From: an uncultured Acidimicrobiaceae bacterium
Lineage (GTDB): Bacteria > Actinomycetota > Acidimicrobiia > Acidimicrobiales > RAAP-2
Reading direction: 5' to 3'
DNA length: 64,000 nt
Assembly: GCA_963789235.1 (NCBI GenBank)
Contig: CAWBJX010000003.1
Span: 265,257 to 329,256, forward strand
The notes under the pieces are model-generated. The model searched no databases. It saw nothing but the letters and a program-made list of their open reading frames with translations, and was not told the origin of the DNA. Positions within the stretch are counted from its first letter, which is position 1. The number at the start of each line of letters is the position of its first letter. Made by a program: the position numbers and the translations under genes. Below, in pieces: positions 18,493 through 29,316 of the stretch.

Positions 18493-19104
18493 TCAACGCG
18501 CTCTCGCCCTCAGGACGGTGAGGCCATTCTCCACATCCACCAGATGGTGGTGCGAGTCGTGGAGCGCATGCTCGAGGAGAAAACGGACATCGCTCCGCGA
18601 GGCGCCGATTGTGATGCCTCGGAACCATGAGTCCGGTCCCGACGCTTGGGCCAGGTCGGCAAGTTTTCCAGCCTGATCTTCGAGCTCCATCCCAACGACA
18701 CCCGGGTCTTGTGAGGCGTAGCCCGCTGAAGCGCCCTCCACGAGCTCCGCCCCGGCGATCTCGGGGAATCGGGGCTCATCGATCGTCAATGCCTGCTCGA
18801 CGCCGAAGACGTGGAGTGCGGTGACGTCCCGACTGTGAGCCGCATACTCGATCGCCGACCAGGTCTCAGGGGCAGGTCTCAGCCGAAGGTCGTCCCCGGC
18901 ATCGAGCAGGAGGCGTCTCCACTGTGGTCCAAGCTCTCGGATCGCATGCAACAGTGGCGCCGGCCCGTACGCAGTGCCATCGAAGCCGCATGCAGCACAT
19001 TGCTCGTGATCCACGCTGAGACCTCCCTCCCGGGTACCTCCCCAGTCTCGTTGGTTCCCGAATGCGATGCCGACCGGATCTGTCTCAGAGTGTCCCGTGC
19101 CCAC
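18493..19104 (-). CDS. DinB-family (DinB_2 / mycothiol-dependent-enzyme-like) metal-binding protein
   Basis: 203 aa. Four-helix-bundle His pattern (YAAHSRD ... [14 protein letters not shown]). The exact start is uncertain. Confidence 0.6.
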   Translation of the reverse strand: MGTGHSETDPVGIAFGNQRDWGGTREGGLSVDHEQCAACGFDGTAYGPAPLLHAIRELGPQWRRLLLDAGDDLRLRPAPETWSAIEYAAHSRDVTALHVFGVEQALTIDEPRFPEIAGAELVEGASAGYASQDPGVVGMELEDQAGKLADLAQASGPDSWFRGITIGASRSDVRFLLEHALHDSHHHLVDVENGLTVLRARAR

Positions 19105-19224
19105 TTCGCCGTGTTCCGCCGGGACCGGGGTGGCACACGCAGGGCACCCCTCACTGCGCCTCCCGCGATCGCTAGCGTGGTCGTGACATCAGGTTCGGCC
19201 CGTACCGCTGCAGAGGAGAGGCTG

Positions 19225-19737
19225 ATGAGCGACGAAACAGCGATCCTTGCGGGTGGGTGCTACTGGGGCGCCCAGGAGTTGATACGTCGTCAGCCCGGGG
19301 TCGTCTCGACCCGAGTCGGATGGTCCGGTGGGGAAACCCCGAAACCCAGTGACGACGACCATGGCGATCACGCCGAGGCGGTGGAGATCATCTATGACAC
19401 CGACATCACTTCGTACCGGGATCTGCTGGAGTTCTTCTTCCAGATCCACGATCCGACGACGTTGAACCGACAGGGTGACGAAGTGGGGCGAAGCGTTCGT
19501 TCGGCGATCTTCTACACCAACGCAGAACAGAGACTCACAGCCCTTGACACCATCGCCGATGTCGATGCATCGGGCCTGTGGCCCGGAAAAGTCGTTACGG
19601 AGGTCGTCGCGGCCGGGCCATTCTGGGAGGCTGCGGAGGACGACCAGGACTACCTGCGGAAGCATCCCGATGGCGAGACGTGCCATTTCGTTCGCCCCGG
19701 CTGGAAGCTCCCTCGCCGGCCACCTCGGACTGCCTAG
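19225..19737 (+). CDS. msrA: Peptide-methionine (S)-S-oxide reductase
   Basis: ATG at 19225 after GAGGAGAG. Catalytic motif LAGGCYWG and conserved [24 protein letters not shown]. Confidence 0.9.
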   Translation: MSDETAILAGGCYWGAQELIRRQPGVVSTRVGWSGGETPKPSDDDHGDHAEAVEIIYDTDITSYRDLLEFFFQIHDPTTLNRQGDEVGRSVRSAIFYTNAEQRLTALDTIADVDASGLWPGKVVTEVVAAGPFWEAAEDDQDYLRKHPDGETCHFVRPGWKLPRRPPRTA

Positions 19738-19823
19738 AGACGGTTTCCCCTTCTGCTCTCGTGAACTCCGATCAGACCGTGACGGGAGCAGCTGCCGGGT
19801 GGGGGTCGTAGTGCTCCGTTCGG

Positions 19824-20657
19824 CTACGCCTTGCGGGCGGTCACGAGCCAGGAGGCGCCGCCCAGCACGACACCCTCCGGCGTGGCGTACGGTCGCAGCG
19901 CTTCGAGGGTCGCCTCGGTGCCGGCCTGCACCGCCTCGGGGTCCTTGCCGTCGACCAACCGGCGCCCCATCTCGTCAGAGAGCATGAAAGCGACGACGTC
20001 CTCGGGGTCGCGTCCCATGCGCATCCCGTCCTTGTGCTCCTCGACGGTGACCTCCGACCACCCGGCGGACTGGAGCAGTCCCCTGGTCCGCTGGGCGTCC
20101 GCCAGGGCGAAGGGGCCGGGGGCGCCGGGTTCGGGCAGCTCGGGGATTCCCACGTGGGCCACCATCGCCATGGAAGGCACCGCGATCCACTCGTTGGCGA
20201 ACATCTCCTGCCAACACACGAAGCACAGGCGGCCGTCCGGGCGGGTTGCCTTCGCCAGGTTGGCGAAAGCGGCCTCCGGGTCGTCAAAGAACATCACACC
20301 AAAGCGGCTGAGGACAACGTCGAACAGTTCGTCGAAGGATGAGGTCTGGGCGTCGCCCTGGACGAAGGAGGTCTCGATCCCCTGTTCCTCGGCTCGTCGT
20401 CGGGCCACCTCCAGCATGGGCGCCGAGAGGTCGAGGCCGGTCACCCGCCCGTGGCGCCCTACGCCGCGGGCCGCGTCCAGGCTGATGGCGCCGGTGCCGC
20501 ACCCGACGTCCAGCACCCGCTCGCCCGACGTGAGGACGGCGGCCGTCAGCAGCCGACGGCCGAAGGGAGCGAGAATGGAGTCGAAGCGCTCGGCCTCTGT
20601 CACCCAGACATCGGAGGGGCGCCCGTTCCAGTACTCGGCCATGTCGGTGTTCGCCAC
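19824..20657 (-). CDS. Class I SAM-dependent methyltransferase
   Basis: 277 aa. Motif I VLDVGCGTGAISL, followed by VTGLDLS and a Rossmann-like fold. Confidence 0.8.
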   Translation of the reverse strand: MANTDMAEYWNGRPSDVWVTEAERFDSILAPFGRRLLTAAVLTSGERVLDVGCGTGAISLDAARGVGRHGRVTGLDLSAPMLEVARRRAEEQGIETSFVQGDAQTSSFDELFDVVLSRFGVMFFDDPEAAFANLAKATRPDGRLCFVCWQEMFANEWIAVPSMAMVAHVGIPELPEPGAPGPFALADAQRTRGLLQSAGWSEVTVEEHKDGMRMGRDPEDVVAFMLSDEMGRRLVDGKDPEAVQAGTEATLEALRPYATPEGVVLGGASWLVTARKA

Positions 20658-20673
20658 CGTCTACTCGAGGTGT

Positions 20674-21360
20674 TCACTGGAAGAAGGCGATGATGCGCCG
20701 GCGAGCATCCTGGGCCGAGGGTTCGTGGTACCCACCACCGATGACCCTTCCCATCACGGCGAACAGAGCGCTGTCGTGGTCGTTGAGGAACGAGTGCCCG
20801 GCGTCCGGGTACTCCTTCACGTCGTGGGCCACGCCGTTTGCCGTCAGCGCACGCTCCAACCGGTCCGCGGCACCGCGCAGCGTGCGATCCTTCGCGCCGA
20901 AACTGCCCACGATCGGACAGGCCCCGGACAAGAAGCTCTCGGCGTCCTTGGGGACCTGCCCATAGTTGACGCTCGACGCAGAGAACCCGTGGCCAGGGGC
21001 AAGCAGCAGGGCGAACCCGCCACCCATGCAGTAGCCGATGACGCCGATCCGACCCGTGCAGTCATCCCGGTCCGCCAACCACGTGCGGACCGCCTCCACC
21101 TCGTCGAATGCTCTTCCTCGGCGGGCACGCACATCGCGGAAGACAGACCGCAGGCACATCATCTTCTTGCCCCAATGGAACAAGTCCGGTGCGACGGCCA
21201 CGAAACCTTCGCCGGCGAGCCAGTTGGTCTGGTTCCTCACGTCTTGGCTCATCCCCAGGGCGTCGTGGATGACCACGACCCCTGGCCATGGCCCCTGGCC
21301 CGGCGGCGTCGCCATGTAGGTCGGCAGCTCACCGTGGACGGGGATCCTCACCTCGACCAT
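20674..21360 (-). CDS. Dienelactone hydrolase family protein
   Basis: Start at ATG 21360 ([10 protein letters not shown]...) with GGAGGTG upstream. Motifs [10 protein letters not shown], nucleophile elbow IGYCMGG, PDAGHSF. Confidence 0.8.
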   Translation of the reverse strand: MVEVRIPVHGELPTYMATPPGQGPWPGVVVIHDALGMSQDVRNQTNWLAGEGFVAVAPDLFHWGKKMMCLRSVFRDVRARRGRAFDEVEAVRTWLADRDDCTGRIGVIGYCMGGGFALLLAPGHGFSASSVNYGQVPKDAESFLSGACPIVGSFGAKDRTLRGAADRLERALTANGVAHDVKEYPDAGHSFLNDHDSALFAVMGRVIGGGYHEPSAQDARRRIIAFFQ

Positions 21361-21676
21361 TGCCCACCTCCAGCTCGCTTCGAGAGCACAGACGCCTTCG
21401 TAGCCACCCTCGTGGTGCACGTCAAGAGGGGTGGTCGAGTCTTGCGATGCCACGTCGCGATCCGGCGCTCGATTGGCAGACACGGCGGTGCCATCCGGCA
21501 CGTGCCGACAGCGAGCGCCTCCCGTGCCCCGGTTCATTCGGTGAGACGCTGGTCGGGCGTCCACTGTCCAGCAAGGAGCGGAGCGGACGGGGGGTGCCCT
21601 CGTGCGCCGGCACGATGGCGGCCCATCAGGGCGGCCCGGCCGGGGACGCGGCGGGTCCGAAGTTAGAGTCCCTTTG

Positions 21677-22048
21677 ATGGCGCACGTGGACCTCGAACGG
21701 CGAGTCCGTGCGATTTGCATGGGTCTTCCCGGGGTGACGGAGAAGCTGAGCCACGACACGCCGGCGTTCTTCGTCGGGAAGCAATTCTTGACGCTCTGGC
21801 TCGATGGCCACCACGATCACCGGTTTCCTCACTTGTGGTGTGCGGCGCCACCGGGCGCCCAGGACGAGCTCGTCACGACGGAGCCCGACCGATTCTTCCG
21901 GCCTCCGTATGTCGGGGGGCGGGGTTGGCTCGGGGTTCGACTTGACGGCGCCATCGACTGGGGTGAGATCACGCTCATCTGCGAAGAGGCTTTCCGCACG
22001 GTCGCGCCGAAAAAGCTCGTTGAGGCTCTCGACGAACGTCAGTCCTGA
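21677..22048 (+). CDS. MmcQ/YjbR family protein
   Basis: 123 aa from the internal ATG ([37 protein letters not shown]...), a typical YjbR-like N-terminus. Confidence 0.65.
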   Translation: MAHVDLERRVRAICMGLPGVTEKLSHDTPAFFVGKQFLTLWLDGHHDHRFPHLWCAAPPGAQDELVTTEPDRFFRPPYVGGRGWLGVRLDGAIDWGEITLICEEAFRTVAPKKLVEALDERQS

Positions 22049-22103
22049 AGACGAGTCGCCGAATCATGTCCTTCGAGCTTCGCCCAGGTGCCTCGGTACC
22101 CAC

Positions 22104-22439
22104 CTAGGGTTCGATGGCAGTCCATCCGCGACGTCGAAGCTCACCGGCGAGCTGCTCCGAAGGCAGGGAATTCAACAGTTGCTCTTGGGCGGATTGCCGC
22201 CAGGTGGGCGCAGCAGTGGCACCGTCCCCATCAGACTCTGCGTCCACGAGCTGGGCGATGAACGCGTCCGCTTCGTCGCGTGAGAACTTTCCGGCGGCCT
22301 GACGCTGGGTGAAGCCCATTGGGCCGCGCGCGTCGCGGAAATCGGAGTGCCCGGCTCCCTTGAGGAGTTCCAGGAGATCTCTGACCTGCTTTGCCGAGGC
22401 CGGTGGACCTGACTGCTGACCAAACGCCATTGGGGGCAT
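22104..22439 (-). CDS. Hypothetical protein
   Basis: 111-aa ORF with coding-like composition, upstream of and on the same strand as PPK2. I recognise no family. Confidence 0.45.
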   Translation of the reverse strand: MPPMAFGQQSGPPASAKQVRDLLELLKGAGHSDFRDARGPMGFTQRQAAGKFSRDEADAFIAQLVDAESDGDGATAAPTWRQSAQEQLLNSLPSEQLAGELRRRGWTAIEP

Positions 22440-22522
22440 TCTTGCCCACTGACGATGATGCAGCGAAAGTGCTCCCGACCGCCGGTTTGGCGAGCCACCC
22501 GGCGGCGTGGGGGATCTCGCCT

Positions 22523-23308
22523 TTAGGTGATGGTCGCCGCGTAGTCAGGGACGTAGTGGTACCGGTCGCGGGGCGGTCGTTGATAATCGCCGACGGGCGG
22601 GCGGGGAGGAAGCTTGACCTTGGGAGGTTTGCGGGCGTCGTACGGCACGACCGACAGGAGGTGAGCGATGCAGTTGATCCTGGCCCCCTTCTTGTCGTCG
22701 GCCTCGACCTCGTACCAAGGGGAGTCGGGGAGGTCGCAGTGAGCGAACATCTCGTCCTTGGCCCTGGAATACGCGACCCAGCGGTTGCGGCCCTCGAGGT
22801 CCATCTCGCTGAGCTTCCAGCGCTTCAGGGGCGCGTTGACGCGCTCGTTGAACCTCCGCTCCTGTTCCTCGTCGCTCACGGAGAACCAGTACTTGAGCAG
22901 AATGATGCCGTCGTCGATCAGCATTCGCTCGAAGGCAGGGCACTGCCGGAGGAAGCGGTGGTACTCCTCATCAGTGCAGAAACCCATCACCCGCTCTACC
23001 CCGGCCCGGTTGTACCAGCTGCGGTCGAACAGGACGATCTCCCCTCCGGCGGGAAGGTGGGCGATGTAGCGCTGAAAGTACCATTGGCCCTCTTCGCGGT
23101 CGCTCGGGGCCGGAAGGGCAGCGATCCGGCACCATCGGGGATTGAGGTACTCGGTAATGCGCTTGATGACGCCTCCCTTGCCGGCGGCATCGCGACCCTC
23201 GATCACGATGACCACCCGTTGACGCTCGTCGCGGACCCACTGTTGCATCTTCACCAGCTCCTCTTGGAGGTGCAGGAGTGCCTTGTCGTATGCGCCGTTG
23301 TCAGCCAT
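22523..23308 (-). CDS. ppk2: Polyphosphate kinase 2 (PPK2, single-domain)
   Basis: 261 aa. Walker A-like EGRDAAGKGG, plus FDRSWYNRAGVERVMGF and lid region WKLSEMD. Confidence 0.9.
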   Translation of the reverse strand: MADNGAYDKALLHLQEELVKMQQWVRDERQRVVIVIEGRDAAGKGGVIKRITEYLNPRWCRIAALPAPSDREEGQWYFQRYIAHLPAGGEIVLFDRSWYNRAGVERVMGFCTDEEYHRFLRQCPAFERMLIDDGIILLKYWFSVSDEEQERRFNERVNAPLKRWKLSEMDLEGRNRWVAYSRAKDEMFAHCDLPDSPWYEVEADDKKGARINCIAHLLSVVPYDARKPPKVKLPPRPPVGDYQRPPRDRYHYVPDYAATIT

Positions 23309-23638
23309 GCGACCATCCTGCCATTCTCCAACCCATGAGCTGCGACGGTCGCACCTGTTCAGCAGTGGGCGGACGTACGCTCCAAAGGGTGGCAGGGCGC
23401 GGCACTCGCGTTGCGTGCGACCACGAAGAGCGCGACGACTCCAGGGCGTTGCGGGTTCTCAGACCGGGTACCGAGAACCGCTGCACGTCTGAGACGTTGC
23501 CACGACATCTCGCGAGGAACGAAGGATGGAGGATCGACGATGGCGGCGACGTCAGCCCCAGACGCTCCGACACGTGGGTGATCGGAGATCTGCGCCATGA
23601 CGGGGGCCGTGGTTCCCCCTCGAACGTCGGCGGGCGGC

Positions 23639-23860
23639 CTAGGTGCCCGAGAAGCGAAGTGGGTAGTCCCGCCCCCGATACTCAAAGACAGGGACAACCC
23701 GTCCATCCGGTAGAGCCTGGACTCTGTGGCCCGCAACGTAGACGTGCCTCGCGCCGTCCTCCATCACGACGAGCAGCTCGGTGGTGTCGGGTTCGACACG
23801 ATGCTGCCTCCCGTCCAATGGGCCACCGTCGAGCACCGCGTTTCCCGCCGCCTCGTTCAT
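23639..23860 (-). CDS. Small hypothetical protein
   Basis: 73 codons from the internal ATG (MNEAAGNAVLDGGPLDGRQHRVEP...). No recognisable family. Weak call. Confidence 0.35.
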   Translation of the reverse strand: MNEAAGNAVLDGGPLDGRQHRVEPDTTELLVVMEDGARHVYVAGHRVQALPDGRVVPVFEYRGRDYPLRFSGT

Positions 23861-23965
23861 GATGATCGGCGCACCAGGCGATGGTCTCCACCGCTCCGAC
23901 CCCTGCCCCGGGACGCCGGCACGGAGACGACGCACCAACGTAGGGCGGGCACCCGGCTGGGAGCG

Positions 23966-24658
23966 CTAGGACTCAACGTTCCCGAGCCGTCCACGAAGTG
24001 TCCACGTGCGGCCCGAGTCCTTCGATACGTAGAGGAAGGTCTCGAACCCTCCGCTTTCGAGCGGGTTGCCCAAGGCGGCGGCGCTGAGAATCCCATGGGT
24101 GGCGCTCACACGGTGCACTCCATAGGAGAACCCGGTCGACCACCACTGGCTCCCCCGATCGGTGGTGACCCAGACGACGTTCCCGCCTCGACCCCAGAAG
24201 TACGCACCTCGAGACCCCAGCGGACCGACGTTGGTGATCACGCTTGCTCCTTGCGCGGCTGCGACATGGAAGAGGGGCCCGTCAATCCGCCAAGAACCGC
24301 CCCCGTCGGTGCTGATGGCTGGATACGTCGTGTCCTGTGGCGTCGGGTAGGTGGCCAGACCGAACCGCAAGCCATGGCTGTCGACAGCGGTCACAGTCAC
24401 GTCGGCCCTGGGAACCAGCGCCCCGATGGGGAGGGGATTCGGGATGAAGGAGGATTGCGTTGACGGAGGCACGAGCCTTCCGTGCACGGTCTCCTGGATG
24501 TACGGGGGGAGGTTCTGTCCTGCGATGGCCGACTCCAGGCGTGTGCCGGCTGCCGCGTCGACCACTCCACCCACCGTGGCCCACACCATGAACATGAAGA
24601 CGCCACACGCCGCGGCCATCAGCCTCACGCCACGAGCGTATGGCACGTCCCCGGTCAC
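23966..24658 (-). CDS. Membrane-anchored/secreted BNR (Asp-box) repeat protein
   Basis: N-terminal hydrophobic anchor (MAAACGVFMFMVWATVGG) and three Asp-box-like motifs: STDGGGSW, TTDRGSQW, SKDSGRTW. Confidence 0.55.
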   Translation of the reverse strand: MTGDVPYARGVRLMAAACGVFMFMVWATVGGVVDAAAGTRLESAIAGQNLPPYIQETVHGRLVPPSTQSSFIPNPLPIGALVPRADVTVTAVDSHGLRFGLATYPTPQDTTYPAISTDGGGSWRIDGPLFHVAAAQGASVITNVGPLGSRGAYFWGRGGNVVWVTTDRGSQWWSTGFSYGVHRVSATHGILSAAALGNPLESGGFETFLYVSKDSGRTWTLRGRLGNVES

Positions 24659-24767
24659 GCTCGGGTACGACGGCCAGGCACCCCGGCACCGTGGTGATGG
24701 ACCAGGCGTCTCGGATGGTGTCGTCGCCGCTCGCCACGGGGCCCATCAGTTACCATCCGTACCTCTC

Positions 24768-26307
24768 ATGCTGATGGACGACCATCTGGCCCGCATGGCC
24801 ACCGAGTTCGGCGACCGCACCGCCTTCGCGGTCGTCGACGTGGGGTCCATGACCTTCGCCGAGTGGGACGGCGCCGCCAACGCCCTGGCGCGTCGGCTCC
24901 TCGAGGCGGGCCTCGAGCCGGGTGGCCGCGTCGGCATCCACCTGCACCACGAGCTCGCCCTGCCCTGGCTCGTGTCCTACTCCGCGGCCCACCGGGCCGG
25001 CGGGGTGGCGGTGCCCATGAACCCCCGCCTGGCCCCGGCCGAGGTGGCCCACGTGCTGGCCCACTCGGGCGCCACCGCCGTCGTCGCCGACGGCGACCTG
25101 GTCCCTCGCGACCTCGAGGCCGGGGGTGGCCGCCTCGTCGTCCTGGTCGACGCCGGCGCGGAGGACGGGACCGGGACGCGCCCGGCCACGGCGGGCCCGG
25201 TCCTCGGGTGGGCCGAGGCCACCGCCGGCGACCGCTCGCCCTTCCAGGCCCCGCGCCAGTCCGACGACCTGGCCGACATCCTCTACACCTCGGGCACCAC
25301 CGGCCGGCCCAAGGGGGTGGCGGTCCGCCACTCCAACGGGTCCATGATCGGTGCCGTCGAGCCGAACTGGACCGGCGGCCGCTGGCTGCACGCCAGCCCC
25401 CTGTTCACCTTCGCCGGCATCGCACTGGTGTACACCCCGATGAAGCTCGGCCTGCAGGTCGTCTACCAACCGCGCTTCGACGCCGACCGCTGGCTGCGCG
25501 TGGTGGAGGAGGAGCACCCCGTCGCCGTGTTCCTCGTCCCGGCCATGGCGCACCTGCTGATCGACCATCCCCGCTTCGCCGAGGTCGACATGTCGTCCGT
25601 GCAGATGTGCTCGGTCGGCAGCGCGCCGCTGGCGCCCTACGTCGTCGAGCGTCTGCAGGCCAAGATGCCCGCTGCGCTCGTCTCCAACAATTACGGCATG
25701 ACCGAGGCCGGGTCTGCCTACTGCATCATGCCGCAGGGCGAGGCGGTCAAGCGGCCCGGCTCGGTGGGGCAGATCGTGCCGCCCGCCGTCGTCCAGATCG
25801 TCGACGAGCACGACCAGCCGCTCCCGCCGGACGTGGTGGGGGAGGTGCGGCTCCGGATGCCGGGGCGCCAGACGCGAGTACTTCAACGACCCCGAGGCCA
25901 CCGCGGACACGTGGAAGGACGGATGGCTCGTGACCGGGGACCTCGGCCGGCTCGACGAGGACGGCTACCTCTACATCGTCGGCCGCTCCAAGGACGTCAT
26001 CATTCGCGGCGGCAACAACGTGCACGCCACCGACGTCGAGCACGCCCTGGTGCAGCACGACGCCGTCAAGGAGGTCGCCGTCGTGGGTGCGCCACACCCC
26101 GTGCTCGGCGAGGACGTCGTGGCCTACGTCGTCCTGCAGCCGGGCGCCCGGGCCGGCGCCGACGAACTGCGGGCTTTCGGGCTCGAGCACCTGGCCGACT
26201 ACAAGGTGCCGCGCCAGTTCGTCTTCGTCGACCAGCTGCCGCGCAACCCGACCGGCAAGGTGGTCAAGCAGGAGCTCAGGGCCCGCCCGGCCGGCGCGCC
26301 GGCCTGA
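24768..26307 (+). pseudogene. AMP-dependent acyl-CoA synthetase/ligase, one frameshift
   Basis: ATG at 24768 (MLMDDHLARMA...). AMP-binding motif YTSGTTGRPKGV and YGMTEAG are in ORF 24351..26555. After about 25870 the alignment continues in ORF 25930..26307 (EYFNDPEATADTWKDGWLVTGDLGRLDEDGYLYIVGRSKD ... PRNPTGKVVK). Confidence 0.8.
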
Positions 26308-26381
26308 CGGGCCCGGGCCGTCTCGCAACAACGCGCGGCTCCCTGCCCGACCCGACGATCTGCGATCGGTGCGCGCGGACA

Positions 26382-26399
26382 GCCGCTGTCGACAGCGGC
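26382..26399. terminator. Perfect 18-bp palindrome between convergent genes (possible bidirectional terminator hairpin)
   Basis: GCCGCTGTCGACAGCGGC lies between the acyl-CoA synthetase stop (26307) and the arylsulfotransferase stop (26437). No U-tract. Confidence 0.3.
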
Positions 26400-26436
26400 A
26401 AAGGGCTCTCCGGCGCTCGGGCACACGTCCCCGCCG

Positions 26437-27909
26437 TCACACGACGACGGTGGCGGACTGCGCCAGAACGGCTCCCACCGCATCGAGGGCCTGCGCAGCG
26501 GCCTGCCTGGCGTTGCGCGGCACCCGCAGAGCCGTCTCGAAGCCGTCGCGGGTGACGATGTCGACCGCCCGCAAGCTCTCCGGGGTGGGGCCGGCAAGAA
26601 GCCGCCAGGCCGCCGTCTCGGTCGAGCCGTTCCAGGACACGAAGAGGGTGCGACGACCTCCCGGCGTCCCCACCGCGACGGCGGGCCGGTCGGACGGCGT
26701 CCCCGTCCAGCCGAACCGGAAGGCGCGGTACGACGAGCCGGTGGCGAACTTGGCGTCGAGCACCATGGTGCCGTCGGCCTGGAACTCGGTGTAGTAGGGC
26801 TCGGCGCCCCATCCGACCAGGGCGTCGCCGCCGGGAAGGAGCTGCACGCTTCCCTGACTGCCGGCCAGCAGCCGTCGGCCAGGGTGGGGGAATTGCCGGG
26901 CCAACGTGGCGGTGAGCGCGGTCTCGTTCACGTCGAGGACGAGGCCGCGCGACTGCGGGCCCTCAGGTGGATCTCCCTCGTCGTCGAAGAGGCTGACGGT
27001 GCCATCCGGGTGGGACCGGGCATCATGCTGCCAGGCGAAGCGGACTCCCGGACCCAGGCTGAAATCGCTCTTCTTGCCGCCGAGTCGCCACGCGATGTCG
27101 CCGGTGACGGGGTCGATCTTGTAGACGGTCCAGGTGTTGCGGGCGGAGACGAGGAGCTGGTTGTCCGCCGTCGTGTCGACGGAGTTGACGTGCACCGGAT
27201 CGAAGGGCGCCGTCTTGGAATAGGTCGCGTAGGACTCGGAGAAATCGATGTGGTCGGCGCTGTGCCAGTCGAAGACGAGCTCCCCGCTGAAGAGGTCGAC
27301 CCCTTGGATGGTGGCATCGAGCGCAGTTCCCTCCATGGGGCCTCCCACTGGCCGCAGGTCGGCGCTGTAGGTCCGGTAGGCCGTGAAGTAGGCGATGCCG
27401 TCGCCGGTGATCAGGAATTCGTGCAGGTCCGCCGAGAGCCCGTTGCGCGCCTCGACCGTCATCACCTGCCGGTACGACTCGTCGACCATGACGTAGCTCC
27501 CGTGGAGACCCACGCCGTATGGCGCGATCTCGCCTTGCCACCACGTCAGGACCCGTTGCCCCTTGAAGTTCTGGACACGCAGGTTGGTCGAGGCGTGCGG
27601 GACAGGCTGCACCCACAGCGGCCGGCCGGTGTCGTCGACGAGCATCGGTCCCGTCGGAGTGACGCAGATGAAGCCGACGCCCGGCGTTCCCGATCCCCTC
27701 GTCACGTCGATCAACGTCGGTTTGAGGTCGGGCCTGGAGCGATAGGTGGCGGTGACGGCGCGGGCAGGAGTCGACGGCGTCGAGGTACTGCAGGCCGCGA
27801 GCGTCGTTGCGCCGACGACGCCGGCACCGAGCACGAGGAACTGCCTCCGCGAGATCCGTGCGTCCTGGGATCCACATCCGAAGCTTGCCGGGGAGGAGCC
27901 GTGACCCAC
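26437..27909 (-). CDS. Arylsulfotransferase (ASST) family protein, Tat-exported lipoprotein
   Basis: 490 aa, intact. Twin-arginine signal with lipobox (SRRQFLVLGAGVVGATTLAAC). The beta-propeller ASST-like body includes HEFLITGDG and WQHDARSHPDGTVSLFDD. Confidence 0.75.
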   Translation of the reverse strand: MGHGSSPASFGCGSQDARISRRQFLVLGAGVVGATTLAACSTSTPSTPARAVTATYRSRPDLKPTLIDVTRGSGTPGVGFICVTPTGPMLVDDTGRPLWVQPVPHASTNLRVQNFKGQRVLTWWQGEIAPYGVGLHGSYVMVDESYRQVMTVEARNGLSADLHEFLITGDGIAYFTAYRTYSADLRPVGGPMEGTALDATIQGVDLFSGELVFDWHSADHIDFSESYATYSKTAPFDPVHVNSVDTTADNQLLVSARNTWTVYKIDPVTGDIAWRLGGKKSDFSLGPGVRFAWQHDARSHPDGTVSLFDDEGDPPEGPQSRGLVLDVNETALTATLARQFPHPGRRLLAGSQGSVQLLPGGDALVGWGAEPYYTEFQADGTMVLDAKFATGSSYRAFRFGWTGTPSDRPAVAVGTPGGRRTLFVSWNGSTETAAWRLLAGPTPESLRAVDIVTRDGFETALRVPRNARQAAAQALDAVGAVLAQSATVVV

Positions 27910-27966
27910 TCGGGAGAACGTACCCAGGGAACCTCGGGCATCACTGAGGCGGAGCTGGGACTCCGA

Positions 27967-28875
27967 TCAGGACGACCATCCGGCCGAGCCCACCAGGGTG
28001 CGCAGGGCCGCCATCTGCTCGCAGAAGTGCGCCGGCGAGCGGTGCACGAAGCGAAGGCTGAGGCCCGTGGCCCCGATGGCCACGTAGGAGGCCAGGAACT
28101 CGGTCGTCCGCTCCGGATCGCCCAGGGGGTCGACGGGCGGCTCCGGGGCGAGGATCACCTTGAGCGCTCGACCGCGACCCTCGGCGGAGCGGGCCAGGTT
28201 CTCGCGCACGTCGGGCCTGCTCAAGAGCGCGGTGAGCTCGTCGATCTTGAACCCGAAGGGCATCCAGGCGTCGCCCAGCTCGAGGGCGCGGCGCAGCGAG
28301 CGGCGCGTCCGCCCCCCGACCCAGACGTCGATCTCCCGGGGCAGGCCCGAGGGCTCCACGATGAACCCCTCGAACTCGTAGTGCGTCCCGTGGTACTCGG
28401 GCACCCGTCGCCCCCAGGCGGCCCGGATGGCCCGGATGGCGTCGTCCGATCGCTCGCCCCTGCCCCCGAACGCGTGCCCCAGGACCTCGAATTCGGGTTG
28501 GAGCGACCCGACGCCCACGCCGACGATGACCCGCCCGCCGCTCAGCACGTCCAGGGTGCCCAGCCGTTTCACCAGTTCGAGGGGGTGGTGGTAGGGCAGG
28601 ACGACCATGTGGGTGAGCAGCCCCACCCGCGACGTCTTGGCGGCGAAGTAGCCCAGCGTCGAGAAGGGGTCGAAGTAGCGTCCGCCGCGCACCGAGGACG
28701 CCTCCGCCGGGATCGCGATGTGCTCGGAGCACGACACCCAGTCGTAGCCGAGCTTCTCCGCCTCCTGCACCACCCACACCACGTCGTCGACCCCCGCCGT
28801 CACCTCCCACTCGGGCGGGTCGAAGCGTGGGTTCATGTGCAGCACCGGCGTCACGATGCCGAGGGCGAGCGCCAC
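27967..28875 (-). CDS. LLM-class (luciferase-like) oxidoreductase, probably F420-dependent
   Basis: 302 aa with a GTG start. TIM-barrel LLM signature regions (GYDWVSCSEH, LDVLSGGRVIVGVGVG, VWVGGRT). Confidence 0.8.
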   Translation of the reverse strand: MALALGIVTPVLHMNPRFDPPEWEVTAGVDDVVWVVQEAEKLGYDWVSCSEHIAIPAEASSVRGGRYFDPFSTLGYFAAKTSRVGLLTHMVVLPYHHPLELVKRLGTLDVLSGGRVIVGVGVGSLQPEFEVLGHAFGGRGERSDDAIRAIRAAWGRRVPEYHGTHYEFEGFIVEPSGLPREIDVWVGGRTRRSLRRALELGDAWMPFGFKIDELTALLSRPDVRENLARSAEGRGRALKVILAPEPPVDPLGDPERTTEFLASYVAIGATGLSLRFVHRSPAHFCEQMAALRTLVGSAGWSS

Positions 28876-29015
28876 TCCTGCAACGTATCCGCACGGTGCT
28901 CGCCGCGCTCGCCGGCGCGACGACGGCGAGCCCCTGGGCCGTGGTGCTCATGTGACGCGCCGATGAACTCTCGTCGAAGTCGCGCGTTCGGTCACGGGGC
29001 TGCGGTCGCCTCCCG

Positions 29016-29238
29016 TATACTGGGGCGATCATGACACCGCAGGGCTCGACGAGCCGTCAGCTGTTCCTCTGTCAGCAGGGAGGCAACTCCTTGGGGCAGT
29101 CCCGCGTCGCCATGGCCGAGGTACAGATCGGCGGGATTCCCAAGCGGAGCATGCAGGAGGTGGACCCGACGCAGTAGGAGGACTCGCACACAGTCCAGGC
29201 GTCGAGGAGCCGCTTCCCCCGAGGGGAGCGGCTCTTTT
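29016..29238 (+). other. Candidate stand-alone short transcription unit: either an sRNA or a leaderless 48-codon ORF (29031..29177)
   Basis: TATACT (29016-29021) lies 9 nt before the ATG at 29031. The ORF MTPQGSTSRQLFLCQQGGNSLGQSRVAMAEVQIGGIPKRSMQEVDPTQ ends at 29177. A strong intrinsic terminator follows at 29207-29238. There is no other plus-strand gene upstream to which the terminator could belong. Confidence 0.3.
29207..29238 (+). terminator. Rho-independent terminator
   Basis: GAGCCGCTTCCCC-CGA-GGGGAGCGGCTC (12-bp GC-rich stem with one bulged T) followed by TTTT. Confidence 0.65.
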
Positions 29239-29282
29239 GCGTCCGGAGCGAGGCACGCCCTCGCCCGGGGCGTGACCCGTGG

Positions 29283-29316
29283 CGGGGACGGATCGAGGGG
29301 AACGGGGACGGATCGA
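29283..29316 (+). promoter_or_regulatory. Two identical 14-bp direct repeats (CGGGGACGGATCGA) with 20-bp period, abutting a start codon
   Basis: Copies at 29283-29296 and 29303-29316. The second ends one base before the ATG at 29317. Confidence 0.3.

Noticed and set aside
19831-21666. 611-aa plus-strand ORF
   Set aside because: It is antisense to the methyltransferase and dienelactone hydrolase genes, which have clear motifs.
26884-29034. 716-aa plus-strand ORF
   Set aside because: It is antisense to the intact arylsulfotransferase and LLM oxidoreductase genes. Shadow ORF.
29021-29240. Possible tmRNA (GGGGCGA... start) or guanidine-I (ykkC)-like riboswitch
   Set aside because: The region is too short and lacks a tRNA-like 3' end, so it is not a tmRNA. 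Resemblance to ykkC elements is limited to fragments (ATCGGCGGGA, GGCCGAGG) without the conserved CUAGGGUUCCG or GGUCCGAGAG blocks, and the downstream gene is not a typical guanidine-response gene. It is kept only as an unclassified short transcript.
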